A stretch of 63,971 bases of DNA, filler included, from Reticulomyxa filosa (GCA_000512085.1; 15 parts of 15 records of this genome joined end to end with filler, not necessarily neighbours in it); one strand, 5' to 3'; counted from the first letter of the whole stretch, positions 11,153 through 25,928 are shown. Made by a program: numbers and translations. Notes: a model not told the origin generated them from the sequence alone.

Positions 11153-13915
11153 TTACTTAGAACAATTAATTTCAATTAGCAGCAATTCAACAATGTACGA
11201 TCTCAATTTTTTAATTTGCTCGTCTGGGAGTTGTTTGCCTTCACAAATACTCTTAATTTTGTTTTGGATTTCCAACGACCTTTCTTGATTTTCGTTGAAA
11301 GACATGTTTTTGACTAAATCATAAATCGCTTCAAATTCTTTTAATCCCATATTCTTAACACATTTCCTGTTTAGTTTTGTTAAATTTAAACTTTAATAAT
11401 ATGAAACACATTGAATTTTTGTGATTGTTGATTTTTTGCAGTCAAATATTAACTTTTTTATGTGTTCAGCTCGAAGGGCCAATTTCTCTGCAAGAGTACC
11501 ATCAGATGATTCACATGAAGTCTCTTCAATTACATCAGTGTGTTTTATGCATAAATGCGAAATTTCATCTCTTTCTTTTTGATTTTTTAGCTTATATTGA
11601 TTAGTATTATTGATAACAACATTGTTTTCAGAATTGTTTTCTCCTTCATTACAATTCATTGACATTTGTTTTTCTTGTTGAAGTAACATTGATTCAATAT
11701 CTAATTCAGAGTCTTGAGGTTTTTTTGACTCCGAATTTTGAGAGTTGTCACTTGCATTCGTATTTCGAGATGCGTCTGTATGCTGACATTTTTGCCCAGC
11801 TAATTCCTTCAATTTCTTCTTGAAATCTTGCATTTGTTTTCTGTATTCCATGAGAGTTTTGTGCAAATTTTCCATTTCCATTTCAACAAGATTGTTTTCA
11901 CTAATGTCTTCTTCACCTTCTGTTCTCGAGTCTTTGTGCACCAAGACAGACTCTTCAGTAATTGGTAAATGAGGAGTAGCTCCATGGTTCTCAGCGAGGA
12001 TATTATTAGATGTTACAAATTGCTCGTTTTGTTGATTCGAAGACTAAACATTGGTAAGTAACAGATTAATGAGACATCTACAAAAAAAAAATGGCTTTCA
12101 CAAAACTGTTATTTTAATTTGAGTTGGAGTAACAAATTGATTGCCTCTTTGTTGTGCAAGTTGATTTGGTTGTAATGATATTTTTTGATTGAGATCAGAG
12201 CTTTTCTTTTCTGTAAATTTTTCAACTTCAATTAGTTTAACAGGACTTTCTGTCTGTTTTTGTGAGAAGCGGTCATCTTTCAGACGGACAGGGGTTTGTT
12301 TTGAACTTTTACGTTCATTGCCCTTTTCCAGATCGAGATCATCTCCTTTGTCATGTGTAAGTACTGTTTCTCGCCGAACTGGAGATGAATGAGCAGATTG
12401 TGCTCGACCACGAATGTTGGTGTTCTTTTCTTGACTTTTTAGCGCGTGCTTTTTTTCAAGTTCATTTAAGCGTTGTTGTATTCTCTCACGAAGTTGTTTG
12501 AATTGTTTCAGCATATCATATTCCTTTTTTTTTGATTTGTTAATGCGACTTGGATTCCAATCAAATGTATCATTTACAAACAACGACAAATATGAAAAAA
12601 AAAGTAAGCAACTTGACCGTCCAAGCAGTTCAATTGTTCATGAATATTTTGTTTTTTCTTTGGAATGTAAAGACGGTGGTAGCGTGGAGCCACTTCTGCT
12701 GGTGCTTTTGGAGCTACAGAAAGGGGGTAGTTATTATCTCGATTTAATTCCACTTTCTTTTTGCCATGTGAATTACTATTTAAAAAGCTATCACTTTGTC
12801 GATGAACGCGACAAACATAGCCTCCATCTTTTTTAATATTGGAATCTTTCTTTGTTGGATCATATTTTTGAAGTTGTTTGTCACCAGCTCTGATTACCAT
12901 TATCTAGTAAGTATAACATATATCATAATTTGGAACAGATTTTTTTTAGATAGCTATATAAAAAGAAAGTAACTCTAACTTGTTTGTTGTCATGTTGATT
13001 TGCGTCGTGCTTCTTAATGGCACACGCTCTTTTTTGTGAATGGCTCTGATTTTCATCAATAATATTTGATGCTAATTCTTTTTCTCTATTTTTCAGACAT
13101 TTAGACAACCTTTTTTCGTTCTCCAATTGTCTAAATCTCCGTTCTTGCCTCAATTTTAGTAGCTCCATATCTAACTCCAAATTTAGTTGATACTCCTTTT
13201 GTACGAATTTATCGAGCATGCTTATATCAGGATTCCCAATTGCGTTTTCTTTTTTCCTGCTTTGTTTCTTTTGTAGATAGGTCACACTCAACTCTTCCAT
13301 TTTGTCAAAAATCCAATCCATATGTAATTCAGTGCGAATTTGAGATTCCAAATTTTTTTTTAAGTTTGTTCTGCCATTCTTCCATGTTTGTATTTGTGAT
13401 ACGCAGAAACACAATAATCTCGAATGCTGGTTTTAAAATTCTCAGTTTTTACTAAGATATCATTGAGAAGAGGACGATTCGTGGGTTCAACATTCAAAAA
13501 TAGATCAATTAGTGCTAGTATTTCGCTGGAATAAGTTGAAGTGGAAATGGGTTCGAACTGACCCTTTACAATTTTTTGTACCAATAAACCAATATTATTT
13601 GTATCAAATGCGTGTCGAAATGTGAGAATTTCATACAATACACAACCTAAGGACCATATCTATAACATATACAAAATGTGAGAATTTCATACTATACACA
13701 AGCTAAAGCTCATATCTATAACACATACAAAGTATGATAATTTATTTTTGAAAAAAGAATTTTTTTGGAATATATGTTTAACATCAGATTTAAAATCATA
13801 TGAATTTCCTTTAAATACTTCTGGGACTCATACAGTAAGGAGTTCCAATCATTGTTTGTGCAAACTTGCTTGACTCTGTTAAAACTTTTGAAATGCCAAA
13901 ATCTCCTAATTTCAA
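11153..13915 (-). CDS. NIMA-related (NEK) kinase, partial and multi-exon: kinase C-lobe, coiled-coil region and NEK1-like C-terminal helical domain; N-lobe not found (possible pseudogene)
   Basis: LKLGDFGISKVLTESSKFAQTMIGTPYCMSP[E]VFKGNSYDFKSD (one extra C near 13823), IWSLGCVLYEILTFRHAFDTNNIGLLVQKIVKGQFEPI...RP, coiled-coil exons 12923-13414 and 11393-11944, and C-terminal LRAEHIKK...MGLKEFEAIYDLVK...IVELLLIE. Confidence 0.75.
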
Positions 13916-14859
13916 GGCCAAAAAATATAAAGACTTTTTCCATCAAGCATGCTGGGAAAAAAATTCTTTTTTTTCTCTTTTCAAAAACAAAAAAAATAGA
14001 ATAGATAAAGTGGACAAAAGTAGACAGTATCCACATAAGAATGTATTTTGTTGTTGTTTTGTTACGTTTTATTATTGCTGTTTCTTCTTCTTGCCATCTT
14101 TGTTCATATCTTTTCTTTTTATTCAATTATCTATTTTGTATCGTTGTCATCGTTGACATTCTGTGCTAACTCCTGTCTCTGTCTGTGGGTTTTGCTTTCC
14201 GGACAACAGAAGTGTTAATACCACGTTCACATTGCACAAAAGCCCAAACACAACACGCAATATATCGATACTGTGCGTTAAAAATTGAAGAATTGAAGTG
14301 TTGCGTAAAAGTGCTGATGTTTCGTTGAGATTTTTTCTTTTCTTTGAACATGGTAAAGCATGTCGTAGATTGTAAGTGAGTTCTNNNNNNNNNNNNNNNN
14401 NNNNNNNNNNNNNNNNNNNNNNNNNNNNTTAATTAATTAANNNNNNNNNNNNNNNNNNNNNNNNNNNNNNNNNNNNNNNNNNNNAAAAAGAAGGGGAAAA
14501 AAGAAGGGGAAAAATGAATGGGGAAAAATGGGAGGGAAAATTTTTATTTGATAAAAGAAAAAATAGAAAAATAAAAAATGATAAATTAAAAAAAAAGAGA
14601 AAATTAAAAAAAATGAAAAATTGTTGGAAAATGAAAAATTAAAAAATTAAAAAAAGTGACAATTGAAAAAAAAGATGAAAAAGAGATAAAAAAAAAAAAG
14701 AATAAAAAAAAGATAAAAAATGGAAAAAAAAAATGAAAATGAAGAAGAAAAAGAAGAAGGCAAAGAAGAACAACAGCAGTAGCAACAGCAGTAGCAACAG
14801 CAATAACAACGACAGCAGCAATTTAGGTCGTTCGTATCGAAATGGACCGTGTGATAGTG

Positions 14860-17440
14860 AGCTTGCGAGACTTTGGGAAAAGAGAGCGCAGACGAACAAG
14901 TGAAGCCAAATCGTTTGAAATTTGCGTTAATTTTATTTAAGCAAAACAACAATATATGAGCGTAGACTGATCGCCCAAATAGTATACGTGCGCATATGCG
15001 CAACTTTGAATTTTTATCGTGAGTATGTGGAATCGAATGGCTTGAGTTTGTCGAACAAGAGCCGATTATCTTTGCTGTATTGGAAATGATCGTCAGTTCG
15101 ATAAAGCCAAAGTGTATTAATCATTACAAGAGTGACGATAGTGGATGGACTTCATAGCTCAAAAATGTAGTGGAATAGTTGGACAAGATTCTCTTGGTTC
15201 AATTCCGGATATCTAAAACTTGGTGACGTCAGACGATGAATACAAGATCTCCAAGAAAAAAAAAGACGTTGTATATCGCGTAAAGTGGAGGAGTTGTGCG
15301 AAACTCCGCCAAGGCACAGGCAAGCAAGAAGATGATAACGACGAAGAGAAGAAAGAGAACACTGAAGCAACATCACGTTGGATGTTTTTTAAAAAACCTT
15401 TAGCAGATTTTGCTGAGTTTGCGCATTTCTAGATATGCAAAGTAATTCCATAACCAAAGTCGCCACTCGCGGGCGTGGACTAACTTGACATATCGCGTCC
15501 CGATGGAAAGTTCAGAGCAAGTGTGGTAACCCGAAATACTTGAAAAACTTGTTTGTCATAGCACAGGTGTACACAGGTCTCTTCGAATAATTATTGGATT
15601 GTCAAAGCGCCAAAGACAGCGTCGAACTGCGATCTGCAGGTACCAACAACAGTGGAAACTCGTCGTAATGAAATGGCGCAAATTCGCATAGAAGGAATCT
15701 TAGCAACGAATACACACAAGAATAAAAATTAATAAATAAATAAGAATTGTGCTACCTCACTCTTTAGATTGCGAATAGAATAGTTTCTTCTTTGCGCGGA
15801 AATTTACAGTACATCAAACGATACCGACATTGTGATATTGCAACGGCGGCAGAGAAGAAATGGAAAGCGAGGAAAAAAAGAACGTTGAATTTGTTAGGAA
15901 ATACTTGTTCACGGTGACCACCACATTGGGAGAATGTTCCATATAAGAGTGGTTAAACTTGGTGGATGAATTGTGCGGAGTTTCTCAAGACATTGGCAAT
16001 CAAGAAGATGGACACGATGAAGATGAAAAGGAGAAAGAAAATATCAAAATAATATCGCGCTGGGTCTATTTTTTTCATAAAAAAAAAACTTGTGTGACAG
16101 CTTCACTGATTGTGGTTATGTACTAGTTCTTCACGCTCGTGAGTACAGACTTTGCGTATTTCCAGACATGCAATACCTTCCAATCAACGAACGAGCGTGG
16201 TAACTCGAACAATTGAAAGAAATGGCTTGCCATCAACGTATGTGCAAACAAGTCTACGAGGATAATTGTTGGCTTGGCACAGCGCCAAAGATGGCATCGA
16301 ACTGTGATCTACCAGCGCTAACGAGCAAGTGAAACTTTATCGCCAGCAATCAAAATGCAATTTTTATGACGACCACTTTATCAACACATGACGAAATTGG
16401 GAACTCATGTCGAAACTTGTTATGTGCGTACGCACGTTCGCAGCTTTGAATTTTGACACGTGCATATGCTGGTGAAAGGAATCGTCAGAAACGAATTCGC
16501 TCGAGAATGAAAAAAAAAGAATGTTATTCTACCATTAAATTGCCAATTGAAGCATTGGATGTACTGGAAATACCTGCGCAAAGTATGTCTCTCATCAAAA
16601 GGGAGAAGATTTTTTTCAAGCAAGACGTCCATATGCTCTCGTGAAACAGCCGAACAAGATTTTCCGAGATCAATCCCGAAAAGTTGGATCTTAGTGCAAC
16701 CAGAGGACAAAAGAAAGTTCACCAAGAAGAAAAAAAAAAAAGAAAGAGGTGGTGACACGTGCAAAGTGGAAAAGATAATGTCACAATGGCGATAGAGAAG
16801 AATTGGAAGACGATGGGAAAAAAAGAACGTGGAACTTGTTAGTAAATACGTATTCATTGCGAGCGAGAAAACCACTACATTAGTAGAACATTCCACGTGA
16901 AAGTGGTTCAACTTGGTGAAGGAGTTGTGCGAAACTCCGTGCAGACATTGTCAACCAAGAAGATAAATATAAGGAGGGTGATGAAGATAAAGAAAGAAAA
17001 TATCGAAAATATATCGCGTTGGACCTGTTAAAAAAACAAAAAAAAAATCCCTTCTGCCAGATGTACTGAGTGTGGTTATGTACTGGCTCTTCACGCCCTC
17101 GAGTGAAGATTCGCATGTTTCCAGACATACACTACCTTCACATAGAGCGAACCAATCAAAGAATGAATATGTGTGTGAAAAAAGTCTTGCAGTGATAATC
17201 CGAACAATTGAAAAGAACTTGTTCGCCATCGACGAGGTCTACACAAGTCTCTGACACTGTGCCAAGCCAATAATTGTCTGCAAAGAATCCGTCGAACTGC
17301 GATTTACAGACTCCAGCGAACAAGTGAAACTCGTTTGTTATAGAAATAATGCTAATTATTTATGTCGAAACTGGTTGTGTGTGTGTGTGCGTGCGCACAT
17401 TCGCAACTTTGAATTTTAATCGTGCGTGTGCTGCTGATGT
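14860..17440 (+). repeat. Three to four diverged tandem copies of a decayed coding-like unit (~0.7-1 kb)
   Basis: Recurring blocks: GCGCAyATkCGCArCTTTGAATTTT-like (~14990, 16430, 17393); GAGTTGTGCGAAACTCCG...CAAGAAGAT-like (~15291, 15968, 16922); GTCGAACTGCGAT...CAAGTGAAACT-like (~15621, 16296, 17291). No long ORF survives. Confidence 0.75.
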
Positions 17441-20400
17441 GAAGAATGGTGAATTCGCAAGTGACAAAAAAGCATTGCAGCCAGCACTCTATCTTTTCGC
17501 AAATTATCATTTTCTGGCTTAGTTTGGCAAAGATTATCGGCTCTTATTCGACAGACGCAAGTCACGTGACTCTTGCAGTGATAGTCTCCGAGATCGACTA
17601 TGAACTACGGATGGAGTGTTGGATGCGACGCAGTAGTAATCTCAAAAATCGTCGAAATATGGCAATCAAGAACGAATACGTCGAATAACGAAGAAAGAAA
17701 TACGAATGGTACATTCACTCCATCATTAAATCGTCAATCCAAATATTATCAAAATGGACGCATGATGATGGGTGCAGAAATTTCTAAAGTGATCATTATC
17801 CAACGCCAATATGTCCCCCCCCCTCTTATCGTCATAAGGGCGGCAAGAGTGGATGAACGTCGTATTTAGAAAATATCTATCATATAATAGCATTGGAATA
17901 TTTGAAAAAAGTTGTCCGAATTCAATCGCAGATAATTTTTTTTTTTGGTAAGCTTGCTTTTGTAATCTGACAGCACCAAAATCCAGAAAGAAAGATGTTA
18001 GAATACCTCGCAAAATAAAAACGATATCGACATCACGTTATCGCAACAGCAGCGACTGTGTTGATCGAAGACAAAGATGTGGACGTCATAGTAAACAATT
18101 ACATATTGCGACCGAGTAGGCCACTATCATATGGAATCATTCTCTCGATGTTGCTGTGGTTCCAATTTGGTGTGTGAGTTTTGCGATACAAGAAGAGGAA
18201 GATGAGATGTGATGATAAAGAATAATGAAAAAAAGTTCCGAGGCCATGTGATCGTTGGATTTGTTTTAAAAAGATTGTTTGCCGATGTTCCTTTGATTGT
18301 GGCTTATTCACATCCACAAGTGGCGACTTTGTGCATTCTTAATATGAACGAATTTCACATAGTGCGCCGCTCAATGGAAGCTACTGGATGGACTTGACAA
18401 TGTCAAGCGCAGTGCCAACGATAATGATAACGACGATAACAATAACGCAGTTCATGTTCTCCTCTATTCATTTGTCAATTAATTCAAGACGTTGGACTGG
18501 CGTTATGTGCTTCAATACTTGGGTAACACTGCTGTTGGTGTGCGCGGAAGATAGCTAATGCTATTGCGCCATTCATTACAAAAAACAACAAGATCGTGCC
18601 AATCGATAAATGGATCGACGATTCAAAAGTTGCTCCATCATCTGCCGAATGAAACAAAAGTTGGATATTTGCGATGTGTTGGTGGCGCTGGGCCCTGCTG
18701 AGTACAATATTTTATTCAGCAGTCGGGCCCCTCCTCCCCTCTATCTTCTTTTTCGTCTCTCATCTATCCTCTCTCTCTCGTCTCAAAGAAGTGGCTGCTA
18801 ACAAGACCGCTACTCAAGAAATGGTCGCTCTAGGGAAGAGTCTTTCAGTGATAATAGCTTCCTGCAAGTCACAGTCAATTGTCCCAAATAACGGAATACT
18901 TGGTGGAGGCATTGTCATTGAAACCAACGCGCACATTCCAACACAAGAGCTCAAGGTACTTCGTTGGTCATTTGTGTGTATATATCTTTCCAGTTATCTG
19001 ACGCTATAACTCGTTCTTGGGTCCATTGCTTGAAAAAGTTTTTGTTTTATGTGCACATATTTGATATAAAACATCTTTATAACGTATTTTTATTATTTAT
19101 TTATATTTGTGGTACGTGTTGCTTGAAATTTTTGAATAGATCTTTGAAGGTATGCAAATGGAAATGAGCAAGTTGTTGCTGTTAATATCACTGGTTGTGC
19201 TGAAGTGAATCCCCAGCAACAATGGTGATGATAATGGCGACAGCGTGCATTGATCATGGATCGTGGTGTTATTCTTTGAATAACGTATAATTTGGAAAAA
19301 AAGGTCCATATCGGTGTAATATGCTAATGATTGATTGAAAGGGTGAGCTGCGCAACCTGTATTCCAAGTTATAACATTTTTTTATAATGTGATTGGAAAA
19401 AACTTAAAACATATACGATGAATACACAAATATAACATAGGTCTCAACGAATACAACACATGTCAATCGAACATTGGAAAGTTGTTGTTGCGGTGCCAGC
19501 TAAAAAGGTGAGTGAAGTCAAATAATGCCAAGTTTATGGCATATCTGATTGCAAGTATTGATACTTGCCTCAAATATTGTTTGTTTTGTCTCAATTGTAA
19601 TTTTTTTTAAAAATAATTTCAACATCTTCTCCAGCTCACCTAATTTCTTTCTCATCAATCATATCAATTGTAAAATTTCTGAATTTTAATATTTTAAATC
19701 TAAAAGAAAGTTCAAATCGAATCTATCTTTATATTTTCGTTTTCACTTGTGTCTTTGAAAATAACTGGAATTAATTGAGTGTGACAATATGCAATAGATT
19801 CTTCATTGTTTAGAGTTGGTACTAAGAAAAAAAATAAGTGTTCTAAAAGCGCCACGTGTAAGCGTCGACAATTAATCTAAGATAGCACATGTTTTCCTCA
19901 GTGTCATTGCAATCTTTCAATAGTGAATATGTCATTTCGAATTCAAAGCATTCTTTCATCAAAAAGTAAATACAAAGCAATATGATAATACAAATCACAA
20001 ATCATTATAAAAAAATAAAACAGTATATTTATAAGCTTTGAAAATAAAAAATACTTAAAAACAAAAATTGACGTTTTATTTATCAATAAAACGTTATTGC
20101 AATAATCCTCAAATCGCGTAAACAAAGCTTTAGATTATTTGTAATTTCAACGGTATATTTATTACAAAATATTGCAATTACTATTTAGGACAAAATAAAA
20201 TGAACAAATAAAAATATAATTAACGCATTGTAAAACATGCAAATAATAGATAAATTATAATAAATACAAAATTAAATATTAACAATGCGTGTTCACTCGA
20301 CGATAGTCAGTGCCACAAGTGCTGTCGTCCAACTCTAAACAGAGTCATTGTCCAAAGAAGAAGAAAAAGCAGGAGAAGCAGAAGGAAGTGAACAGATGCC

Positions 20401-20757
20401 TCAAGAAGGAAATCATTAAGCAGACCGCCGGCTTACAAATCGAACTACAGCGATATTACAAATCCTCAGTCTGCAATAATTACATAATTCAAATGTTGAT
20501 AAAAAAATGTCATTGACCAACAAATTAGTCAATGTATATTATCAAAATCAACTTATTGCACACCAAAAGGCTTGTGATCCCACATGTCCAACTCTTGCTC
20601 TAATGAGAAGCTCCGCTCACCTGAGCCGTTGCCGGCCATTTGACTGTGCCGTTCGTGGCATTGACCGAAAAGCCATGTCCCTTTGACAAACTCAATGGTG
20701 AAATACTTTTTGCATTTACATTACCATCACTTCTATTGGGTCACAAATGTTGCAATT

Positions 20758-20980
20758 TCAATTCGATAATTTCGCCGTCGTTGAGTACGAGTTCAGTTTG
20801 GACAATTGTGGGAACACTTTGTGAATATCTTTCGTCGTCACAAACAGTCCATAGCCATGTCTTGTCGAAAAATTGTATTTTCCATCATGGCCTTGAGCAA
20901 GTGATTTATCCAACTCAATTCCAATGCTTTCATTGTCATTGATTCCATTTTGTGAAATATAATGAACCGTTCCTTTTATA
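20758..20980 (-). CDS. CAP-Gly domain exon (partial gene, 5' end beyond contig)
   Basis: IKGTVHYISQNGINDNESIGIELDKSLAQGHDGKYNFSTRHGYGLFV matches the CAP-Gly pattern G-V-Y...GIELD...(K/H)DG..F....G.FV. A degenerate second copy (SVNATNGTVK) lies near 20640-20670. Confidence 0.7.
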
Positions 20981-21676
20981 TATGTATACATATATGTATA
21001 CATGTATTATATGTGTACATATTTTCATGTGATTTATTCATTTGAATAAACAAAATAAAATTATAAATTCTAAATGATAANNNNNNNNNNNNNNNNNNNN
21101 NNNNNNNNNNNNNNNNNNNNNNNNTTAATTAATTAANNNNNNNNNNNNNNNNNNNNNNNNNNNNNNNNNNNNNNNNNNNNAATTTGTCAACTCTTTTCTC
21201 CAGATCAGTGTATCCAATTTTTTGATCACTTTTATTCTCTTATTTATTCAATTTTTGTTTTTTTATTGAATCAGACAGAAGAAGAGAACTATTCGTATTA
21301 CACCCAAGCGTATGATCTGGTGTGTTAAAGTATTTTTTTTAATGCTGCATGTAAAAAAATGTACTATGTTAATCATTTTCAAAAAAAGATAATCTGCAAA
21401 TGGAAACAAATATTACAAAGTCAAAAATATGTAGTTGGTTTGTCAGTAGAAAGAAATCGGTATTGCATAATTTGCTCAGCAAAATATATCGCACATAACT
21501 AACCAAGAAACAACACGACAGCAAAAGGAGTTCTTCGGGGGTGGTCTCATTAATCTTTTTCTTGGTTAATCTTGAGATTGTATATACCCAATTTTGTATT
21601 GTCCCCCTGGACCAAGTCATTGTTATTATTATTATTATCATTGTTATTGCTATTGTCATTACCATCATTATTGTTG

Positions 21677-22452
21677 TTATTGTGATGTCTCTGAAAGGAA
21701 AATTACTTGAATCATCGGAAAGACTTGGACGATGGAGCGGTGATGAGATAGTAAGGCAATTCTCAATGATAAATATGCACTTGTCCATCTCTGATTAAGA
21801 TTATAAGGAAAAGTCATTGCAATAATCACACTATTATTCAATGTCACAAGCAACGAGCGTCTGATGCAGCTATTGCTGTCAATCCATGTTGCCAGAGTAT
21901 ACGTATTTGCTCGAGCTTTGGATATTTTCCTTCTTTTATAATTCGACTCCACATGAAATCTCCTCTCTTGTTCAAGTATGTCCACACTTGAATCGGTCGT
22001 CTCATGTTTGATGTTTGCATGCCTTGGGTTGTATATTTGGAAGTAGTCCAATTGCAAATGCCGGATTCGAGAGAGAGTGTGTTGTAATTCTAGACCACTC
22101 GAGTAAAAATTGTTCTTGCTTTTATTATTATAATTGTTGTTATTGTAATAGCCATTATTGTCATTGTCATTGCTGTTGTGATTAATCAAACGATTCGGTT
22201 GGCCGTATTCTTCGTTTGCGTGCATCATCACTTCCACATGTATCGATACTTCTGTCGCTGTTGGGTTTTTTTTTTTTTTAACACCCTCTAATTAATATAA
22301 GGAAAACACGTCATGTGGCTCATTATTATTTTTTTTTTTTTGTAAAGACATTTTTTTAACTGGGGTGGCCAGATTGTTGTGATTGAACAACTCCGGCATT
22401 TGATAACCTTTTCTATATTTTTCAAACGTATCCAACATAAAGTCCAAAGTTT
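21677..22452 (-). CDS. Hypothetical Asn-rich protein, partial
   Basis: 186-aa ORF 21677-22237 with a poly-Asn tract, plus a probable upstream exon at ~22360-22452. Confidence 0.4.
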
Positions 22453-22899
22453 NNNNNNNNNNNNNNNNNNNNNNNNNNNNNNNNNNNNNNNNNNNNTTAA
22501 TTAATTAANNNNNNNNNNNNNNNNNNNNNNNNNNNNNNNNNNNNNNNNNNNNATAAAATAAAAAAAAAAAAGTGTAACTTGATTACATGCATAACACATT
22601 TTTTTAGGAAAATTGTCATATTTGTGTTCAATTTTTTTGGATTTATCATTAACAAAATATGGATAAAAATTATTGGCTTTATTGTTGTGTGGAATATAAA
22701 ATGTTATTTTTTTTCAAAAGTATTGGATGGAGTCTTACGCGTTTTTAAGTATGTACGTTTTATTAATTTAATAACCGTGTTGAAATTTCTGTTACTGTTG
22801 CTTTTTTGTTAAGAATTAACGAAAGTTAGCCTGGAATTCAACATTTGACTTTTTTCAAAAGTTTGAGGTGTCAAACACGTGAATAACAGAAGATATCAA

Positions 22900-25429
22900 T
22901 GTGTGCACTGTTTTTTTTTGTATTACTGTAGCGTTGAAGAGCTTTGGAGCTGTCATGTATTTCCAAAACGCCGAGATGGAACATCCTAATACGCATGAAA
23001 GATGACATAAAAAAAAAAATGCTGTCGTAGCATATGTTCGAAAAATTCCAAACAAGACTAAGGAAAAAAAAACAAGTGTTTACACTTTTCAGCAGAGAAA
23101 CACAAGAAAATGTACAACCAAGGAGAAAAAAAAAAAATTTGAATAACAACAAGAAAGAAGTTTTTGAACTGCTCAAATGTTGAAATGAATGCAAAATCCA
23201 ATTGTTTTATTGTTTGATAGGGATTAATGTACGGTTAATATTTGTACTCATAAACGCCTGTTGGTGGTACTCGTTTGGGGTCCACCTTTCTCTGAGCAAT
23301 GCTCATAGTTCTCTTGCGATTCATCGTGTCAATATGCATCAGCCACAAATCTCTGATTTGATCTCTGCCGTCGCACAGATCACAACAGTATATTTTTAAT
23401 ATGTTACACTGACAAAATAATTTGGGAAAAACGAACAAATAAAAAAAATAAAAAAAAAACCAAACGAATCCATTTGAAAATGATGGAAATTTCCGTCTTT
23501 CGTTGCAAGGAAAAGTGAAGACGGAAGAGATTCAATTGTGACAGTAACATTATGACCATTTCGCTTCAGAAAGTTGATGCATCTAATACAGAACATTGCA
23601 GACAAGCAAAATCAAGTTTAAAAACAAAACAAAATAAAATAAAATAAAGCAAAGACACGAAACATGTTGGGTTCAGTTCCAGCGACAGCATCTTCGACGT
23701 GAAGAATAGCTCTATGTTACAAACGTGAAGAAGCAAGACACGAGAGGTGTATTAACGTGAAGTAGCAAACGAACGTAAGATAAGATTTTGTATGACTTAA
23801 CATTGCATAAGAAGCGAATGCGTCTTGAAATTGAATGGACCGCACTCCATGGAGCTGTGCATCGGATTTGAACTTTTCAAATTGTCCTTGGTTCTATCAA
23901 TCATTGTCGCAATGTTCGACAGTATAAGTACAAAAGTGGACATGAGACTCAAGGGACTTTCTCACACGATTTTTATACAAAAGAAGTGCTTGCGAATATG
24001 TGTATATATGTGTATATATGTGTATATATGTGTGTGTTTGTTTGGGTATAACCTACCACCTACCACAAAGAAGGAAATGGAAGGAACCAGAGAATCATTT
24101 TTGGTATTCATTAGAAAAGCAGGTCTTTTTTGTGCGGTTGTGGAACTCGGCAATGCGTCCAGCATTGCAAAGTACTTTGGTTTTCGTGTGACAATACTAG
24201 GAGATAACAAATTGGTGGCAATCAATCGAACGGTGCCATTTATCAATGGACTCAAGCTAACAAATTAATCCAATAAAACATATATACATATATATATATA
24301 CATATATATATATGTATATGTATATTATAACCGAACTGATATTGTTTCGTTCTTGTAACAACAGCAATGACGGTAGATCCATCTTCGGTATTGAAAGCCA
24401 CTTGTTTGGACGCGTTTTTGGAAGCCTCTCTGTCGCCTGAGCTGTTTGTTTTGGCGGTTTCTTTTTTATCTTTTTTGGTTGTGTCCTCCGACTTGGTACG
24501 CTCTGTCGGTACTGGTGGTGCTGGCGTGGCCGGCGTTACCGGTGTTATCGGCGTTGGCGTCGGCGTCGAAGACTTGGTCTTTGAACTTTCGACGACATTA
24601 GCAGTGGCAGTGTTGATCTTGATGGATATATTTCCATTGGTATTGGTATTGGTATTGATATTGGGATTGGTATTGGGATTGGTATTGGTATTGGGATTGG
24701 TATTGATATTGGGATTGAGATTAGAATTGCTGTTTGTAGCCGAGTGTGTATGAGTGACTTCGGCAGAAGGTGACACCGGAATCGCTTTAATCTCAGGCTC
24801 TGGGATTGGTTGCTTGCTCCACTTTTGAAAGCGTGACAAGAGTCCGCCAATGCCTTTGCTTTTTTTCTTGGGATTGGCCGTCGCAGACAGATTGGCCAGC
24901 GCCGACGCCGTGGTCGCGTCTTTGTCGTCTTTGTCGTCTTCGTCGCCTTCCTCGTCCATCTTTTTGTTGATTTGGATCGACTTGATTCTGGCACGTCCTA
25001 TCAACTTGTCCAACTCCGCGCCGTTGCCAGTCTGTCCTTTTGCACCCGTCTTCGTGGCACCGGCGTCGACGTCTGCGCCTTTCAATGGCACTTCTTTTGT
25101 CTTTGATTCGGACGCATTGGATTGTTTATTATTATTATTATTATGGTTTAATTGCAGTTCACTTGTATCTACCCATTCATCTTCGCTATTTTCATATTCG
25201 TCCACTTCCGCCTCGATCTTCACATACTCCTCACCCGCCGGCACTGGTGTCGATGCTTTGTCCTTGTCTCTTTCCTTCTCTTTATCTTTCTTTTCGTCTG
25301 CGTTGGAGGGCTCGTTACGCTTGGTTTGCAGCTTCGGTGGTTTTTCATTGTTTTCGCTGCGCAGTGTGTCCTTTTGTGTGTGTGTTCGATTTGTGTCCAT
25401 TCGATTCACTTGCTTTTTTTTTTCCAATA

Positions 25430-25467
<38 letters not shown>

Positions 25468-25828
25468 AAATTTCAAAATCAAATCAAATTAAATTAAATT
25501 TTTTTTAAAAATAAAAGCAAAAGGTAACTAGCAAATGTTTCATACGCGTGACTTCATTTTCCAATCGCTTGTTTTGTGTTTCGTAACTGTCACATTGGTC
25601 TTTCCACTTTTTGACGTCTTTTTTAAGGGTGTTGACACTGGACAGCTCACTCGTTAATTGGGCGAGCTTCGCTTGCAACGTCTTGACTTCATTGCGTAAT
25701 TCCGACTTTTCCAAGTTGCTTTGGTTTTTCAACTCTGCAATTTCTTGCTCTTTGCTATCCATTTGTTCCGCCAAATCCACGCATTCTTTTTCCAATTGGT
25801 TGGCATCCTCATTGCTATTTGTTTTTTT
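22900..25828 (-). CDS. Multi-exon protein: coiled coil, long low-complexity region (NTNP/TP repeats), possible PH-like C-terminal region; partial
   Basis: Coiled-coil exon 25505-25795, 391-aa ORF 24252-25427, exon 23962-24255, and KIYCCDLCDGRDQIRDLWLMHIDTM (~23330-23400), which resembles the C-terminal helix of a PH domain. Confidence 0.5.
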
Positions 25829-25928
25829 NNNNNNNNNNNNNNNNNNNNNNNNNNNNNNNNNNNNNNNNNNNNTTAATTAATTAANNNNNNNNNNNNNNNN
25901 NNNNNNNNNNNNNNNNNNNNNNNNNNNN

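Noticed and set aside
18200-19010. ARM/HEAT-like coding fragments
   Set aside because: Multiple stops and frameshifts and no recognisable family motif; cannot be called.
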